Of a stretch of 64,000 nt of DNA, positions 9,515 to 19,828 are shown piece after piece. The notes under the pieces were generated by a model that did no database searches, was not told where the DNA came from, and saw only the letters and a list, made by a program, of their open reading frames with translations. Source of the DNA: Spirochaetia bacterium. Lineage in GTDB: Bacteria > Spirochaetota > Spirochaetia > SZUA-6 > Bin103. The translations under genes were made by a program, and so were the position numbers. Location of the stretch: NCBI GenBank assembly GCA_965198005.1, contig CBDAOI010000004.1, forward strand, positions 256,001 to 320,000. The letters are read 5' to 3'. Each line of letters opens with the position of its first letter. The first letter of the stretch is position 1.

Positions 9515-10662
9515 AACGAACTCCATAGAGTAGTTTCTTGAGAGTATTGCGTAGCGGATTACCGCTCCCTGGCTACTCTCGGGCCCGCAACGCGGACGGC
9601 CAGTCTGAGTCAGATTCACTAAGCGCGCGGCGTGTGACTCAGCGGGTTCACCCCGGCTCACGCCGCGCGCGCGTGCGGTTCTTTGAGTATCATTCGAACC
9701 TCCTTCTTCTCTAGATCTACGTCGGGATCTGCGTTACAATCCCACGCGGGGCGGTGGCCGGCGAAGCAGCGAGTCTGAATGGCCGGCAACGCCGGCGGTG
9801 AGTCTTGCCGGCAGTCAGTCGCAGGCGGGGATCCGGGACGGTTGCGATCGCCGGGAAGGGCGTGGCCGGTCCGCATGCCGGTTTTGCGATGGACCGAGCC
9901 GGCGCAACCGATAGCTATAGCTACGGCGGTGGTGAAGGCGCCCGCGTGCGCGGGGTCGCGTACGCGGCGATCAGCCGGGGCGGTTAGTTGTTTGTCGGTT
10001 CGAAAAAGTGTGTGTGGGGGGGGGGACTCCTCACCATTAAGCAAGCGCGCCGCGAGCTGATTTTCAGCAAATCTCGGCGAGCGGCTGTCAGGGGAACAGA
10101 GTGTCATAAGCGTTGACGTGTTATAGGTCACTCAAGCCCTCCGCAGGTGAGGCACAGCCCTACCCAGATGTAGTCGCGATGTCGCGATTGACTGCATCCC
10201 ACCCTAGAATAACCTCCGCTCCCGTGGACGTCAACCACGAATGATGGCCTGAAGAGACAGTCTGGGGGGCCCACCATTTGTCAACCCCCGCCGCGAAAGG
10301 ATTTCCGGGGAGGGGGGGATGGGCAAGGGTAGGACACGCCGGCTGCGCTGCCGCTAACCGGTGGCAGCGCTGAGTAGCGTTTTCAGCCATCTTTTGCATC
10401 CGTTCAAACCTGAGACTCTTAGTATACCACCTCTGCGGCAACCAATCAACAGAAAAAAACAGGCGAATTGAAGGTTTCTTGAGATTTCTTTCAGGCAGCC
10501 GCGGCAGCCGAGAGCCCCTCGCGGCGCCGACTCGGGCGCATCGCCCCTCCGGAGCCGTCATTCGCCGGCGATGTGGCCGTCCCCAGGCCGTTCACCGTCC
10601 ACGTCGGCCTCACAGCGGCCCGCTGAGGGCCTTCCAGCCCCTCGGGGGTAAGCCTGGGGTAC

Positions 10663-12573
10663 GAGCGCCAGGCTAACTGGCATATGACAGAGGGTGAAAG
10701 TCCCTCGGAACGAAGGAGCAGCCAATCCACGTTTCTCCGCGAGCCGTGCGTTGGCACCTGCGAGGGTGCAGGCGAAGCGTCGGCAGCGGTGCGTGCGGGC
10801 AGAGTTATGGAGCGCCGCAAAATACGACATCTGGAGTGCCGAGACTCTGTACTCGGTCGAAGGCAACACCGGTCGAGCCAGTATGGTGAGGATCGACCGG
10901 GCTCCACGGCGTCGAAGAACTCAGGCACGTACGTACGTCATATACCGGGACCTGGGAGGTCTTCGGGTCGTCCCGGCGAGTCGTCGCCGGGACCGCGGAG
11001 GGAAGGCGTGAGGCTGGACCAAAGATGAACGACCCGAAGGAGTCGGACATGGGCATAGTAGCGGCGAAGCCGGCGAACAAGGGAGCGCAAGCGACTGCGG
11101 AGACGGTGGAGCGAAGGCCCATGACCAACGGGAATTCGCAAGGCCAAAGCACGGGCCGGACGCAGAGTCGGGCAACCGTGACACAGGCGGCCGAGCGGAT
11201 ACGGCAATTCGTAAAGAGAGAACCGCAGGAGAAACTCACTGCGCTGCTGCACCACGTGACGCCGGAAGCGCTGGGTGGCCTATTACGCGCTGAAGCGCGA
11301 AGCGGCCCCGGGGGTGGACGGGATGACGTGGCGGGAGTACGAGACGGGGTTGGAAGTGCCTTGCACGACCTGCACCGGAGAGTACACACAGGAGCGTACC
11401 GAGCGACCCCGGTACGGCGGGTCAACATCGACAAGCCGGACGGAGGCACACGACCGCTGGGGGTGGCCGCGCTGGAGGACAAGATCGTCCAGAAGGCCGT
11501 GGTGGATGTGATCCTGACACCGATCTATGAGGAGGAATTTCTCGGGATCAGCTATGGGTTTCGACCGGGGCGAGGGGCACACGATGCGTTGGACGCACTG
11601 GCCTACGCCATCGAACGGCGCAAAGTGAACTGGATATTGGACGCGGACATTCGCGGCTACTTCGATTCGATCTCGCGGGACTGGTTGATCAGATTCCTGG
11701 AGCATCGGATTGGAGATCGGCGGGTACTGCGGCTGATAAAGAAGTGGCTGCGCGCTGGGGTACTGGAAGAAGGCCGACAGATCGACGCGGGGCGGGGTAC
11801 AGCGCAAGGGTCGGTGATTTCACCGATGCTCGCGAATATATACTTGCACTACGTGTTGGACCTGTGGGTCACCAAGAAGTGGCGGCCGCAGGAGGCGCGC
11901 GGAGACATGATCATAGTGCGCTACGCAGATGACTATGTCGCCGGGTTCGAGCATCGTGACGATGCGGAACGCTTCCTGCGGGAACTGAAGGAGCGATTCA
12001 GAGGCTTCGAGCTGGAACTGAACGCCGACAAGACCCGACTCCTCGAGTTTGGACGGTATGCCGAAAGGAACCGCCTGGCGCGCGGAGAAGGGCGACCGGA
12101 GACGTTCGACTTTCTGGGTTTCACGCATTATTGCAGGAAGGACAGGAAAGGACGCTTCGGGCTGGGGCGGAAGCCAATTCGGAAGCGGATGAATCGTACC
12201 TGAAGAGGATCAAGATCGAGCTCCGCAGACGCATGCATGATGACGTGATGGAAACCGGGCGCTGGCTGGGACGGGTACTGCGCGGATGGCTCAACTACTA
12301 CGCGGTACCCACCAGCTACCGCTACCTGTTCGATTCGTGTGGCGTCTGCGAGGAATCTGGGTAAAGATTCTACGCCGGAGGTCCCAGAAGGACCGATTCT
12401 CCTGGGCTTGGATGCTGGCGATCAGCATCAAGCTGTGGCCCCAACCCCGAATCGTACACTCATGGCCGGACCGGCGATTTGCCGTCAACCACCGAAGGTA
12501 GGAGCCGGATGGTTTAACGACCACGTCCGGATCTGTGCGGGGGGCGCCGGGTAACCGGCGTTCCTACCGCGCC
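10663..12573 (+). mobile_element. Group II intron, bacterial class E-like (copy A)
   Basis: The boundaries are defined by comparison with inverted copy B. Domain V (gagccggatg...gtccggatc, AGC triad) and domain VI lie at 12502-12573; the RT ORF is internal. Confidence 0.93.
11025..12501 (+). pseudogene. ltrA: Group II intron reverse transcriptase/maturase, no endonuclease domain, with several small frameshifts
   Basis: APGVDG, RPLGV, SYGFRPGRGAHDAL, QGSVISP, RYADD and FDFLGF are present. Indels near 11274 and 11359 are seen versus copy B; frame breaks also occur near 12200 and 12330. Confidence 0.88.
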
Positions 12574-12771
12574 CCCCTGCAACACCCGTCAACGCCGATT
12601 CCCGGCACCGCTGGCTCCGTATTGACCGCGCCGCCACCGCCCGCAGCCCAGCCTGGTCGGGTCGCAGCCACCTCCAGGACCAGCTACAGGAGTCTGTCGG
12701 ATTGCGACAGACTCATAGCGGTCGGACGGGATGGGCCAAAAGCGGCGCCCCGGCGGTTTTGGGGCGCTAGG

Positions 12772-13028
12772 CGACGGCAGACCTCCTCGAGCGTCAAGCC
12801 GCCGCTCCGTCAGTCGCCGCGCGCGGGGGGAATGGGCCGTTGCTGCGGCCGTCGCGGCGCTCCGGAGGTGCAACCGCGAGCCGCTCGTCGGTTGAGTTCG
12901 AGGCTGCTCGGACAGGAGCGGCAGCACGAGCGCCGCCGCGGCGACGATCTCGGCACTCGGACCCGTTCAGGGCCGGCATTCACCGCCGATTGGCCGGCCC
13001 CCTGAGGGCCTTCCAAACCCAGGGAGGT
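12772..13028 (+). repeat. Non-coding repeat unit, direct repeat of 14072-14363
   Basis: About 225 bp of near-identical sequence (cgacggcagacctcctcgagcgtc...gattggccgg) plus a shared ggccttccaaacccagggag. Confidence 0.85.
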
Positions 13029-14071
13029 GCTCACCGGGGCGCGCATCCGTGAAGACCTGCAGGGCTGCGACGGGCTGCGCTGGATCACGACCTTGCGCGT
13101 GCCTACCATCCGCAAGCTGATTGCGAACGGTCAGGTGGCGCAGTCGATGTTCGACCAGCGTGATCTGGCCGAGATCAGCTCACCCGACTTCCCCCGCGAG
13201 CGGCTGATCGTGTGCCGCAACCCGGTGTTGGCTGACCAACGCCACCGCAAGCGGCTGGAGTTGCTGGCCGCCACCGAGGACAAGCTGGCCCCCATCGTGA
13301 GAGCCACGCAGCGTGCCAAAGATCCGCTGCGCGGCGCCGCTGAGATCGGTATGCGGGTGGGCAAGGTGATCAATCAGCACAAGGTGAGCAAGCATTTCAT
13401 CACCACGATCACTGAGGACTCATTCACCTATGAACGTGACCTCGAGAAGATCGCTGCCGAAGAAGAACTGGACGGGCTGTACATCGTCCGCTCCAACGTC
13501 GAGCCGGAGTTGTTCGACGCCGATCAGACGGTACGCGCGTACAAGGACCTGTCCAAGGTAGAGCGCGCCTTCCGCAGTATGAAGACGGTGGATCTGAAGG
13601 TGCGCCCGATCTACCACCGGCGCGCTGACCGGGTACGGGCGCACGTACTGTTGTGCATGCTGGCCTACTACGTGGAGTGGCACATGCGCAGCGAGTTGGC
13701 GCCGGTGCTGTTCGATGACCACGATCCGGAGGCGGCACAGCAGCAACGGTCATCGGTGGTGCGACCGGCACAGCGGTCGCCCCGGCGGCACAGAAGAAGG
13801 CGGCCAGGAAGCGCACCGCTGACGATCTGCCGGTGCACAGTTTTCGCAGCCTGATGAACGACTTGGGGACTCTGACGGTCAACAAGATGCAACTTGCCAA
13901 GGCAGGGAGCACGTTCTTGCTGCCGACGCAGCCGACACCGGTGCAGCAGCGCTGCTTCGAGCTACTGGGGGTATCGCCCCGGATGTAGCCACGCACGGCA
14001 CATGCCATTTTGAGCGTAACTATATGACCCCTCGTGACTTACCAAGCATTTGGCTCTGGAACTTCGGGCTA
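13027..14071 (+). mobile_element. IS1634-family element, 5'-truncated, with frameshifted transposase (stop at 13988)
   Basis: ERLIVCRNP, LDGLYIVRSNV, YKDLSKVERAFRSMKTVDLKVRPIYHR and RVRAHVLLCMLAYY; right end ...gaacttcgggcta. Confidence 0.85.
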
Positions 14072-14726
14072 CGACGGCAGACCTCCTCGAGCGTCGAGCC
14101 GCTGCTCCGTCAGTCGCCGCACGCGGGGGGAGGGGCCGTTGCTGCGGCCGTCGCGGCGCTCCGGTGGTGCAACCGCGAGCCGCTCGTCGGTTGAGTTCGA
14201 GGCTGCTCGGACAGGAGCGGCAGCACGAGCGCCGCCGCGGCGACGATCTCGGCACTCGGACCCGTTCAGGGCCGGCATTCACCGCCGATTGGCCGGCAGC
14301 GGGCCGCTCGGCGTCCGAGTCGGCCTCATAGCGGCCCCCTGACGGCCTTCCAAACCCAGGGAGGGCGCGGTAGGAACGCCGGTTACCCGGCGCCCCCCGC
14401 ACAGATCCGGACGTGGTCGTTAAACCATCCGGCTCCTACCTTCGGTGGTTGACGGCAAATCGCCGGTCCGGCCATGAGTGTACGATTCGGGGTTGGGGCC
14501 ACAGCTTGATGCTGATCGCCAGCACACCGACCCTTGCGCTGTACCCCGCCCCGCGTCGATCTGTCGGCCTTCTTCCAGTACCCCAGCGCGCAGCCATTAT
14601 GGGCCCCCCGCTAATATGGGAACCTGGGCGCCATGAGCCGTTGCGTGGCAAGCGGTTAGGGGCTGAACAGGTTCCCATAACGTGCTGTCATCTCCCGGTG
14701 GTTTCTTACCACGAAGGAGATGAATC

Positions 14727-16274
14727 ATGGTCCTACCTTTCCGGCCCCATGCCTCACCCGGGGTCATCCAAGCGCTGGGGGAACGGGTCCTTCCGCCCTA
14801 CGAAGCGCATTTGAACGATCAGGGCTGTTCACCCGGCCTCTTGCACCGGTCGACAGCCACAGCCCGCCACATGATTGCGTGGCTGACGATCAACGAATCG
14901 GAGGTTGCGACACTCGACATCCGCGGCGTGTACCGCTTCCTGCGCCACGACTGCCACTGCCCAGCCGATGTCCGCAACCAGTCGGCCGCGCCGTCACCAT
15001 GGCACGCGCATCGTTTCCTCGGTTACTTGCTCGAAACCGGGCAGGCCGCGGTTCCCGCCTCGATCGTCACGGGCGGCGGACTGGTGGAAGCGTTTGCGGC
15101 CACCCTGGTGGCTCAAGGCTACCGGGAAGGGACCGTTCGCGGGGTGCGCAGCTCCTGTCGCCACCTCGTCGTCTGGCTGTACCGTTCGGAGCTCGCGTTG
15201 GGAGAGATCGAGGACCGCGTTCTGCAGCGGTTTCTCGACCATCGCTGCGATTGCGAGCACCCTGGATTCTTCGGCCGGTCCAGTGCATTCGCTGGAAGCC
15301 GCCGCACCCAGGCGGAGATCGCCAAGTTTGCCAGCTTCCTGATCGACCGGGATGTGGTTGCCGACTGGCGGGAGCCACTGCCGAAGGCCAGCGGCGGGGC
15401 CCATACCGACGCCTTCCTCCGCTGGCTGCGCCAGCACCGTGGTGTCCGCGACACCACCCTGAAGGCATACCGCCAATCCCTGCAAGCCCTGTTGCCGTTG
15501 CTGGGCGATGCCCCGGGCGCCTATGACGCCGCGTCGATCCGCGCGGTCATCCTGGGCCGTGCACAGTCCGGCTCCCGCAACACGGCCGAGGGCAGTGCCC
15601 TGCGATCGTACCTGCGCTTCTTGGCAGTCCAGGGGCTGTGCCGTCCGGGGCTCGTTGCTGCGGTCCCTACGATCCCGCGTCGGACCGCCTCGCAGTTGCC
15701 CCGGTATGTCGAGCAGGAAGACATCGAGGCCCTGATCGCGAGCTGCGACACCGCCACTTCCATCGGATTACGGGATCGGGCCGTCCTGCTGCTGCTGCTG
15801 CTGGCACGGCTCGCTCTGCGCCCCGGAGAAGTTGCCGCCTTGAGGCTCGACGACATCGACTGGGAGCAGGCGTTGGTCGCGGTCAGCGGGAAGTCGCGCC
15901 GCAGCGCAGCGCTGCCGTTGCCGCAGGAGACCGGGGACACCCTCAAGGACTACATCCTGCGAGCGCGACCGCGCACCGCCTGCCCGACGGTGCTTCCGCG
16001 ATTCCGTGCTCCGCACGGCTGCCTGTCCGCCTCCGCGGTCAGCGCAATCGTGCGCCGGGCCATGCAGCGGGCCGGGATCGACGGCGAGGGCCTCCCGGCC
16101 GCCTACGTGTTCCGTCACTCGAGAGCCACCCATCTGCTGCGCAGCGGAGCTGCGCCGGAGGCCGTCGGCGCCCTCCTGCGCCACCAGTCGGTGAAGACGA
16201 CCGCACTCTACGCTCGCGTGGATGCTCCGATGCTGCTCGCTGTGGCGCAGCCCTGGCCGGGGGAACCCCGATGA
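14727..16274 (+). CDS. RIT tyrosine recombinase A
   Basis: RDRAVLLL, LALRPGEV, VFRHSRAT and LLRHQSVKTTALYA. Confidence 0.9.
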   Translation: MVLPFRPHASPGVIQALGERVLPPYEAHLNDQGCSPGLLHRSTATARHMIAWLTINESEVATLDIRGVYRFLRHDCHCPADVRNQSAAPSPWHAHRFLGYLLETGQAAVPASIVTGGGLVEAFAATLVAQGYREGTVRGVRSSCRHLVVWLYRSELALGEIEDRVLQRFLDHRCDCEHPGFFGRSSAFAGSRRTQAEIAKFASFLIDRDVVADWREPLPKASGGAHTDAFLRWLRQHRGVRDTTLKAYRQSLQALLPLLGDAPGAYDAASIRAVILGRAQSGSRNTAEGSALRSYLRFLAVQGLCRPGLVAAVPTIPRRTASQLPRYVEQEDIEALIASCDTATSIGLRDRAVLLLLLLARLALRPGEVAALRLDDIDWEQALVAVSGKSRRSAALPLPQETGDTLKDYILRARPRTACPTVLPRFRAPHGCLSASAVSAIVRRAMQRAGIDGEGLPAAYVFRHSRATHLLRSGAAPEAVGALLRHQSVKTTALYARVDAPMLLAVAQPWPGEPR

Positions 16275-17197
16275 CGCTGGCCGACCACGTTCTGACCTAT
16301 GCCGCGTTCAAGCGCGCCACCGGCCTGGCCTTCCGGGAACAGGAGCGGCTGCTGGCCAGCTTCGCCCGGCACGCCGAAGCGCGGGGCGAGCGAAGCGTGC
16401 GCGTCGAGACTTGTCTCGACTGGGCGTCGCAGTCTGCGTCACCGCATAAAAAACAACAGCGGCTGCACCTCGTCTGCGGGCTGGCAGCCTACTTGCATGC
16501 CGAGGACGAACGCCACGAGGTGCCCCACCGCGATGCACTCGGTCGCCAGAGGTATCACCGCCCGCCGCCGCGGCTCCTGTCGCTGGAGCAGATCTGCCAA
16601 GTCATGGATGCGGCGCTGGAGCTGCCTCCCGCCGGCTCCATCACCCCCGTGACCTTCCATTACCTGATCGGGCTGGTCGCGGCGACCGGCCTGCGCCGCG
16701 CGGAAGCCACGGGCCTGCGGCTCGATGACGCCGCTGCGGACGGATTGCAGATCCGCCACGCGAAAGGCGGCAAGCAGCGGCTCGTGCCCCTCCACGGGAG
16801 CGTGCGGACCGCACTGAACCGGTATCTGCAGATCCGCGGGCGATGCGGCAGCCCCAGCGACCGTCTCTTCGTGCTCGCCGGCGGCCGGCCCGTCCAACCG
16901 GACTACCTGTCCCATACCTTTGTCCGACTCGCGCGCCAGATCGGCCTGCGTGGGGGCCCGGGCGAGCCCGGCCCGCGCCTGCATGACCTTCGTCACAGCT
17001 TCGCGACGCGTGCCCTGGAGACCGCTGTGTCCGGCGGTCGGGCAGAGACCAGCCGGCACCTGCTCGCGCTGTCCACCTATCTCGGCCATGCCAACGCCAC
17101 TGATACCTACTGGTACCTCGAGGCAACCCCGGTCCTGCTGAACCAAGTGTCGGCAGCCACCGAAAGACTGCATGCGGGGAGGGGGGACGATGACTGA
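16271..17197 (+). CDS. RIT tyrosine recombinase B
   Basis: TGLRRAEA, PRLHDLRHSFA and LSTYLGH...TYWYL; ATGA overlap with A. Confidence 0.92.
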   Translation: MTLADHVLTYAAFKRATGLAFREQERLLASFARHAEARGERSVRVETCLDWASQSASPHKKQQRLHLVCGLAAYLHAEDERHEVPHRDALGRQRYHRPPPRLLSLEQICQVMDAALELPPAGSITPVTFHYLIGLVAATGLRRAEATGLRLDDAAADGLQIRHAKGGKQRLVPLHGSVRTALNRYLQIRGRCGSPSDRLFVLAGGRPVQPDYLSHTFVRLARQIGLRGGPGEPGPRLHDLRHSFATRALETAVSGGRAETSRHLLALSTYLGHANATDTYWYLEATPVLLNQVSAATERLHAGRGDDD

Positions 17198-18014
17198 GCT
17201 CGCAGGGCCGCTGGCGGCCTTCCTCCAGGAGCACCTGCCGCGCGACCGCGGCGCCAGCCCGCATACCGTGGCGGGCTACGCCGCCAGCTTCAAGCTGCTG
17301 GCGGTCTTCGCGGCGGAGCGTCACAAGCTCCGGCCGTGCCGGCTGCAGGTCGGACATCTCGACATCCCGACGCTGCTCGCCTTTCTCAACCACCTCGAGA
17401 CGGACCGCGACAACGGCGTGCGGACCCGCAACGCCCGCTTGTCTGCGATCAAGTCCTTCTTCCGCTACCTGGAGTTCCGCCACCCGGAATGCTTGGATCT
17501 GGCGGCACAAGTGCATGCGCTGCCCCAAAAGAAAGCCGATCTGCCCCCGCTCGACTACCTCGACCGCGACGAGGTCCGGGCGCTGCTCGAGGCCCCCGCC
17601 ACCCACACGGTCACCGGCCTGCGGGATCGCGCCATGCTGTGCCTGGCCTACAATGCCGGCCTGCGCGTCTCGGAACTGGTCGGCCTGGCCCTGGACGACC
17701 TCCAGGCACCGGGACTCGACCGCATCCGGATCCTGGGCAAGGGCCGCCGCGGCCGCGTCCTGCCGCTGTGGAAGGAAACCCGCGGCGCGCTGCGCACTTG
17801 GCTCGGTGTCCGGCCGGACTGCCCCGACCGGCATCTGTTCCTGAACGCCTTCAAAACCGGCCTGACGCGACGCGGCTTCGCCAAGAGACTCGCCTTGCAC
17901 GCCAAGGCCGCGGCACGCGCAGTACCTTCGATCGCGGGCAAGGCCATCACGCCACACGCCCTGCGCCACGCCTGCGCACTTCATACGCGTTATGGGAACC
18001 TGCTCAGCCCCTAA
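17190..18014 (+). pseudogene. RIT tyrosine recombinase C, 3'-truncated (lacks the LGH...Y catalytic tail)
   Basis: YNAGLRVSEL, GKGRR and TPHALRHACA are present, then the frame runs into the terminal repeat. Confidence 0.8.
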
Positions 18015-18099
18015 CCGCTTGCCACGCAACGGCTCATGGCGCCCAGGTTCCCATATTAGCGGGGGGCCCATAATGGCTGTTACCGGAACGTTCCGATAA

Positions 18100-18828
18100 C
18101 AGCCACTTCTTTATCAGCCGCAGCACCCGCCGATCTCCAATCCGATGCTCCAGGAATCTGATCAACCAGTCCCGCGAGATCGTGTCGAAGTAGGCGCGAA
18201 TGTCCGCGTCCAATATCCAGTTCACTTTGCGCCGTTCGATGGCGTAGGCCAGTGCGTCCAACGCATCGTGTGCCCCGCGCCCCGGTCGAAACCCATAGCT
18301 GATCCCGAGAAATTCCTCCTCATAGATCGGTGTCAGGATCACATCCACCACGGCCTTCTGGACGATCTTGTCCTCCAGCGCGGCCACCCCCAGCGGTCGT
18401 GTGCCTCCGTCCGGCTTGTCGATGTTGACCCGCCGTACCGGGGTCGCTCGGTACGCTCCTGTGTGTACTCGCCGGTGCAGGTCGTGCAAGCGCACTTCCA
18501 ACCCCGTCTCGTACTCCCGCCACGTCATCCCGTCCACCCCCGGGGCCGCTTCACGCTTCAGCGCGTAATAGGCCACCCGCAGCGCTTCCGGCGTCACGTG
18601 GTGCAGCAGCGCAGTGAGTTTCTCCTGCGGTTCTCTCTTTACGAATTGCCGTATCCGCTCGGCCGCCTGTGTCACGGTTGCCCGACTCTGCGTCCGGCCC
18701 GTGCTTTGACCTTGCGAATTCCCGTTGGTCATGGGCCTTCGCTCCACCGTCTCCGCAGTCGCTTGCGCTCCCTTGTTCGCCGGCTTCGCCGCTACTATGC
18801 CCATGTCCGACTCCTTCGGGTCGTTCAT
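18100..18828 (-). pseudogene. ltrA: Group II intron RT, N-terminal half (copy B)
   Basis: Open frame MNDPKESD...RVLRLIKKWL, cut by the RIT insertion. Confidence 0.88.
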
Positions 18829-19379
18829 CTTTGGTCCAGCCTCACGCCTTCCCTCCGCGGTCCCGGCGACGACTCGCCGGGACGACCCGAAGACCTCCCA
18901 GGTCCCGGTATATGACGTACGCACGTGCCTGAGTTCTTCGACGCCGTGGAGCCCGGTCGATCCTCACCATACTGGCTCGACCGGTGTTGCCTTCGACCGA
19001 GTACAGAGTCTCGGCACTCCAGATGTCGTATTTTGCGGCGCTCCATAACTCTGCCCGCACGCACCGCTGCCGACGCTTCGCCTGCACCCTCGCAGGTGCC
19101 AACGCACGGCTCGCGGAGAAACGTGGATTGGCTGCTCCTTCGTTCCGAGGGACTTTCACCCTCTGTCATATGCCAGTTAGCCTGGCGCTCATACCCAGGG
19201 CACCCCCCGGAATCCCGCAAAATGCCCGTCAAAGCCGTTTCCCACCACCGCCGACACCGCTGACACCGCGCGGTCCGCCACCCGGCTCCCGTGTGCCACC
19301 TCGAACATCAATCCGAGACCGGCACTGATCAGCGCTTGCAGGTCAGGAACGACGTGAGGTGCGGGCTGCGGAACCCCCC

Positions 19380-19661
19380 TCAGTCGCGCCCATACCCGCG
19401 CGGCGGCTCGACGCTCTCCAGTTCGGCAAGATCAAGCCCGCACATCGCCTCCAGCCGCTGTGCGACCGCGGACTCCTGGAGACTGTCGGGCAAGTGGTCG
19501 AGCCACGCTTGATACTCACCCTGGAGGTCGAGCAGGGTGCCCACCGCATCCTGCCAGCGCTGCGGTCGGGACCTGCGGTCTTGCGGCCTGCGGTACTGCA
19601 CCCGGGGCTGCGCTGCCTTGCGGCGCTCTCGATAGCGCCGTTCCGCGTTACTTACCGCCAC
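19380..19661 (-). CDS. Small helical hypothetical protein, MGE-associated
   Basis: 93 aa with a basic N-terminus, RWQDAVGTLLDLQGEYQAWLDHLP and a PPRGYGRD end; co-oriented downstream of the IS110 gene. Confidence 0.7.
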   Translation of the reverse strand: MAVSNAERRYRERRKAAQPRVQYRRPQDRRSRPQRWQDAVGTLLDLQGEYQAWLDHLPDSLQESAVAQRLEAMCGLDLAELESVEPPRGYGRD

Positions 19662-19828
19662 TGCTCTACTTCCCGTTACGCTCCGTTACGTAACAGGTTA
19701 AAAGTTCGGATTTCCGTGCACCGGTGCCGGTTCGCGCCGAGCAGTCTCACCGCGCCTCCTGCCGGGTCTCCGGTCGCTCCCGTGAGCGGCGGGGACGACG
19801 CTTCCCGCGCCCGGCCCACCTTCCCCCA

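Larger units (their letters stand above)
14597..18073 (+). mobile_element. RIT (Recombinase In Trio) element
   Basis: Three overlapping tyrosine recombinase genes between 86-bp terminal inverted repeats (14597-14682 / 17988-18073). Confidence 0.92.
14364..19190 (-). mobile_element. Group II intron copy B, inverted, interrupted by a RIT element and carrying a ~0.6-kb deletion that removes YADD
   Basis: Reverse-complement identity to copy A at 18100-19190 and 14364-14596. The deletion joins positions equivalent to 11816 and 12415. Confidence 0.92.

Noticed and set aside
3841-12335. Single-base frameshifts in IS3 copy 1 and intron A RT as programmed recoding
   Set aside because: The IS3 indel and the first two RT indels are absent from the sister copies; simple mutation or long-read indel error is more likely.
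14727-18014. Integron integrase or prophage integrase
   Set aside because: The trio arrangement with terminal IRs fits RIT; there are no attC arrays or phage genes.
10663-19190. RT as retron, DGR or defence RT
   Set aside because: Domain V/VI RNA and maturase features identify a group II intron; there is no TR/VR pair or msr-msd.
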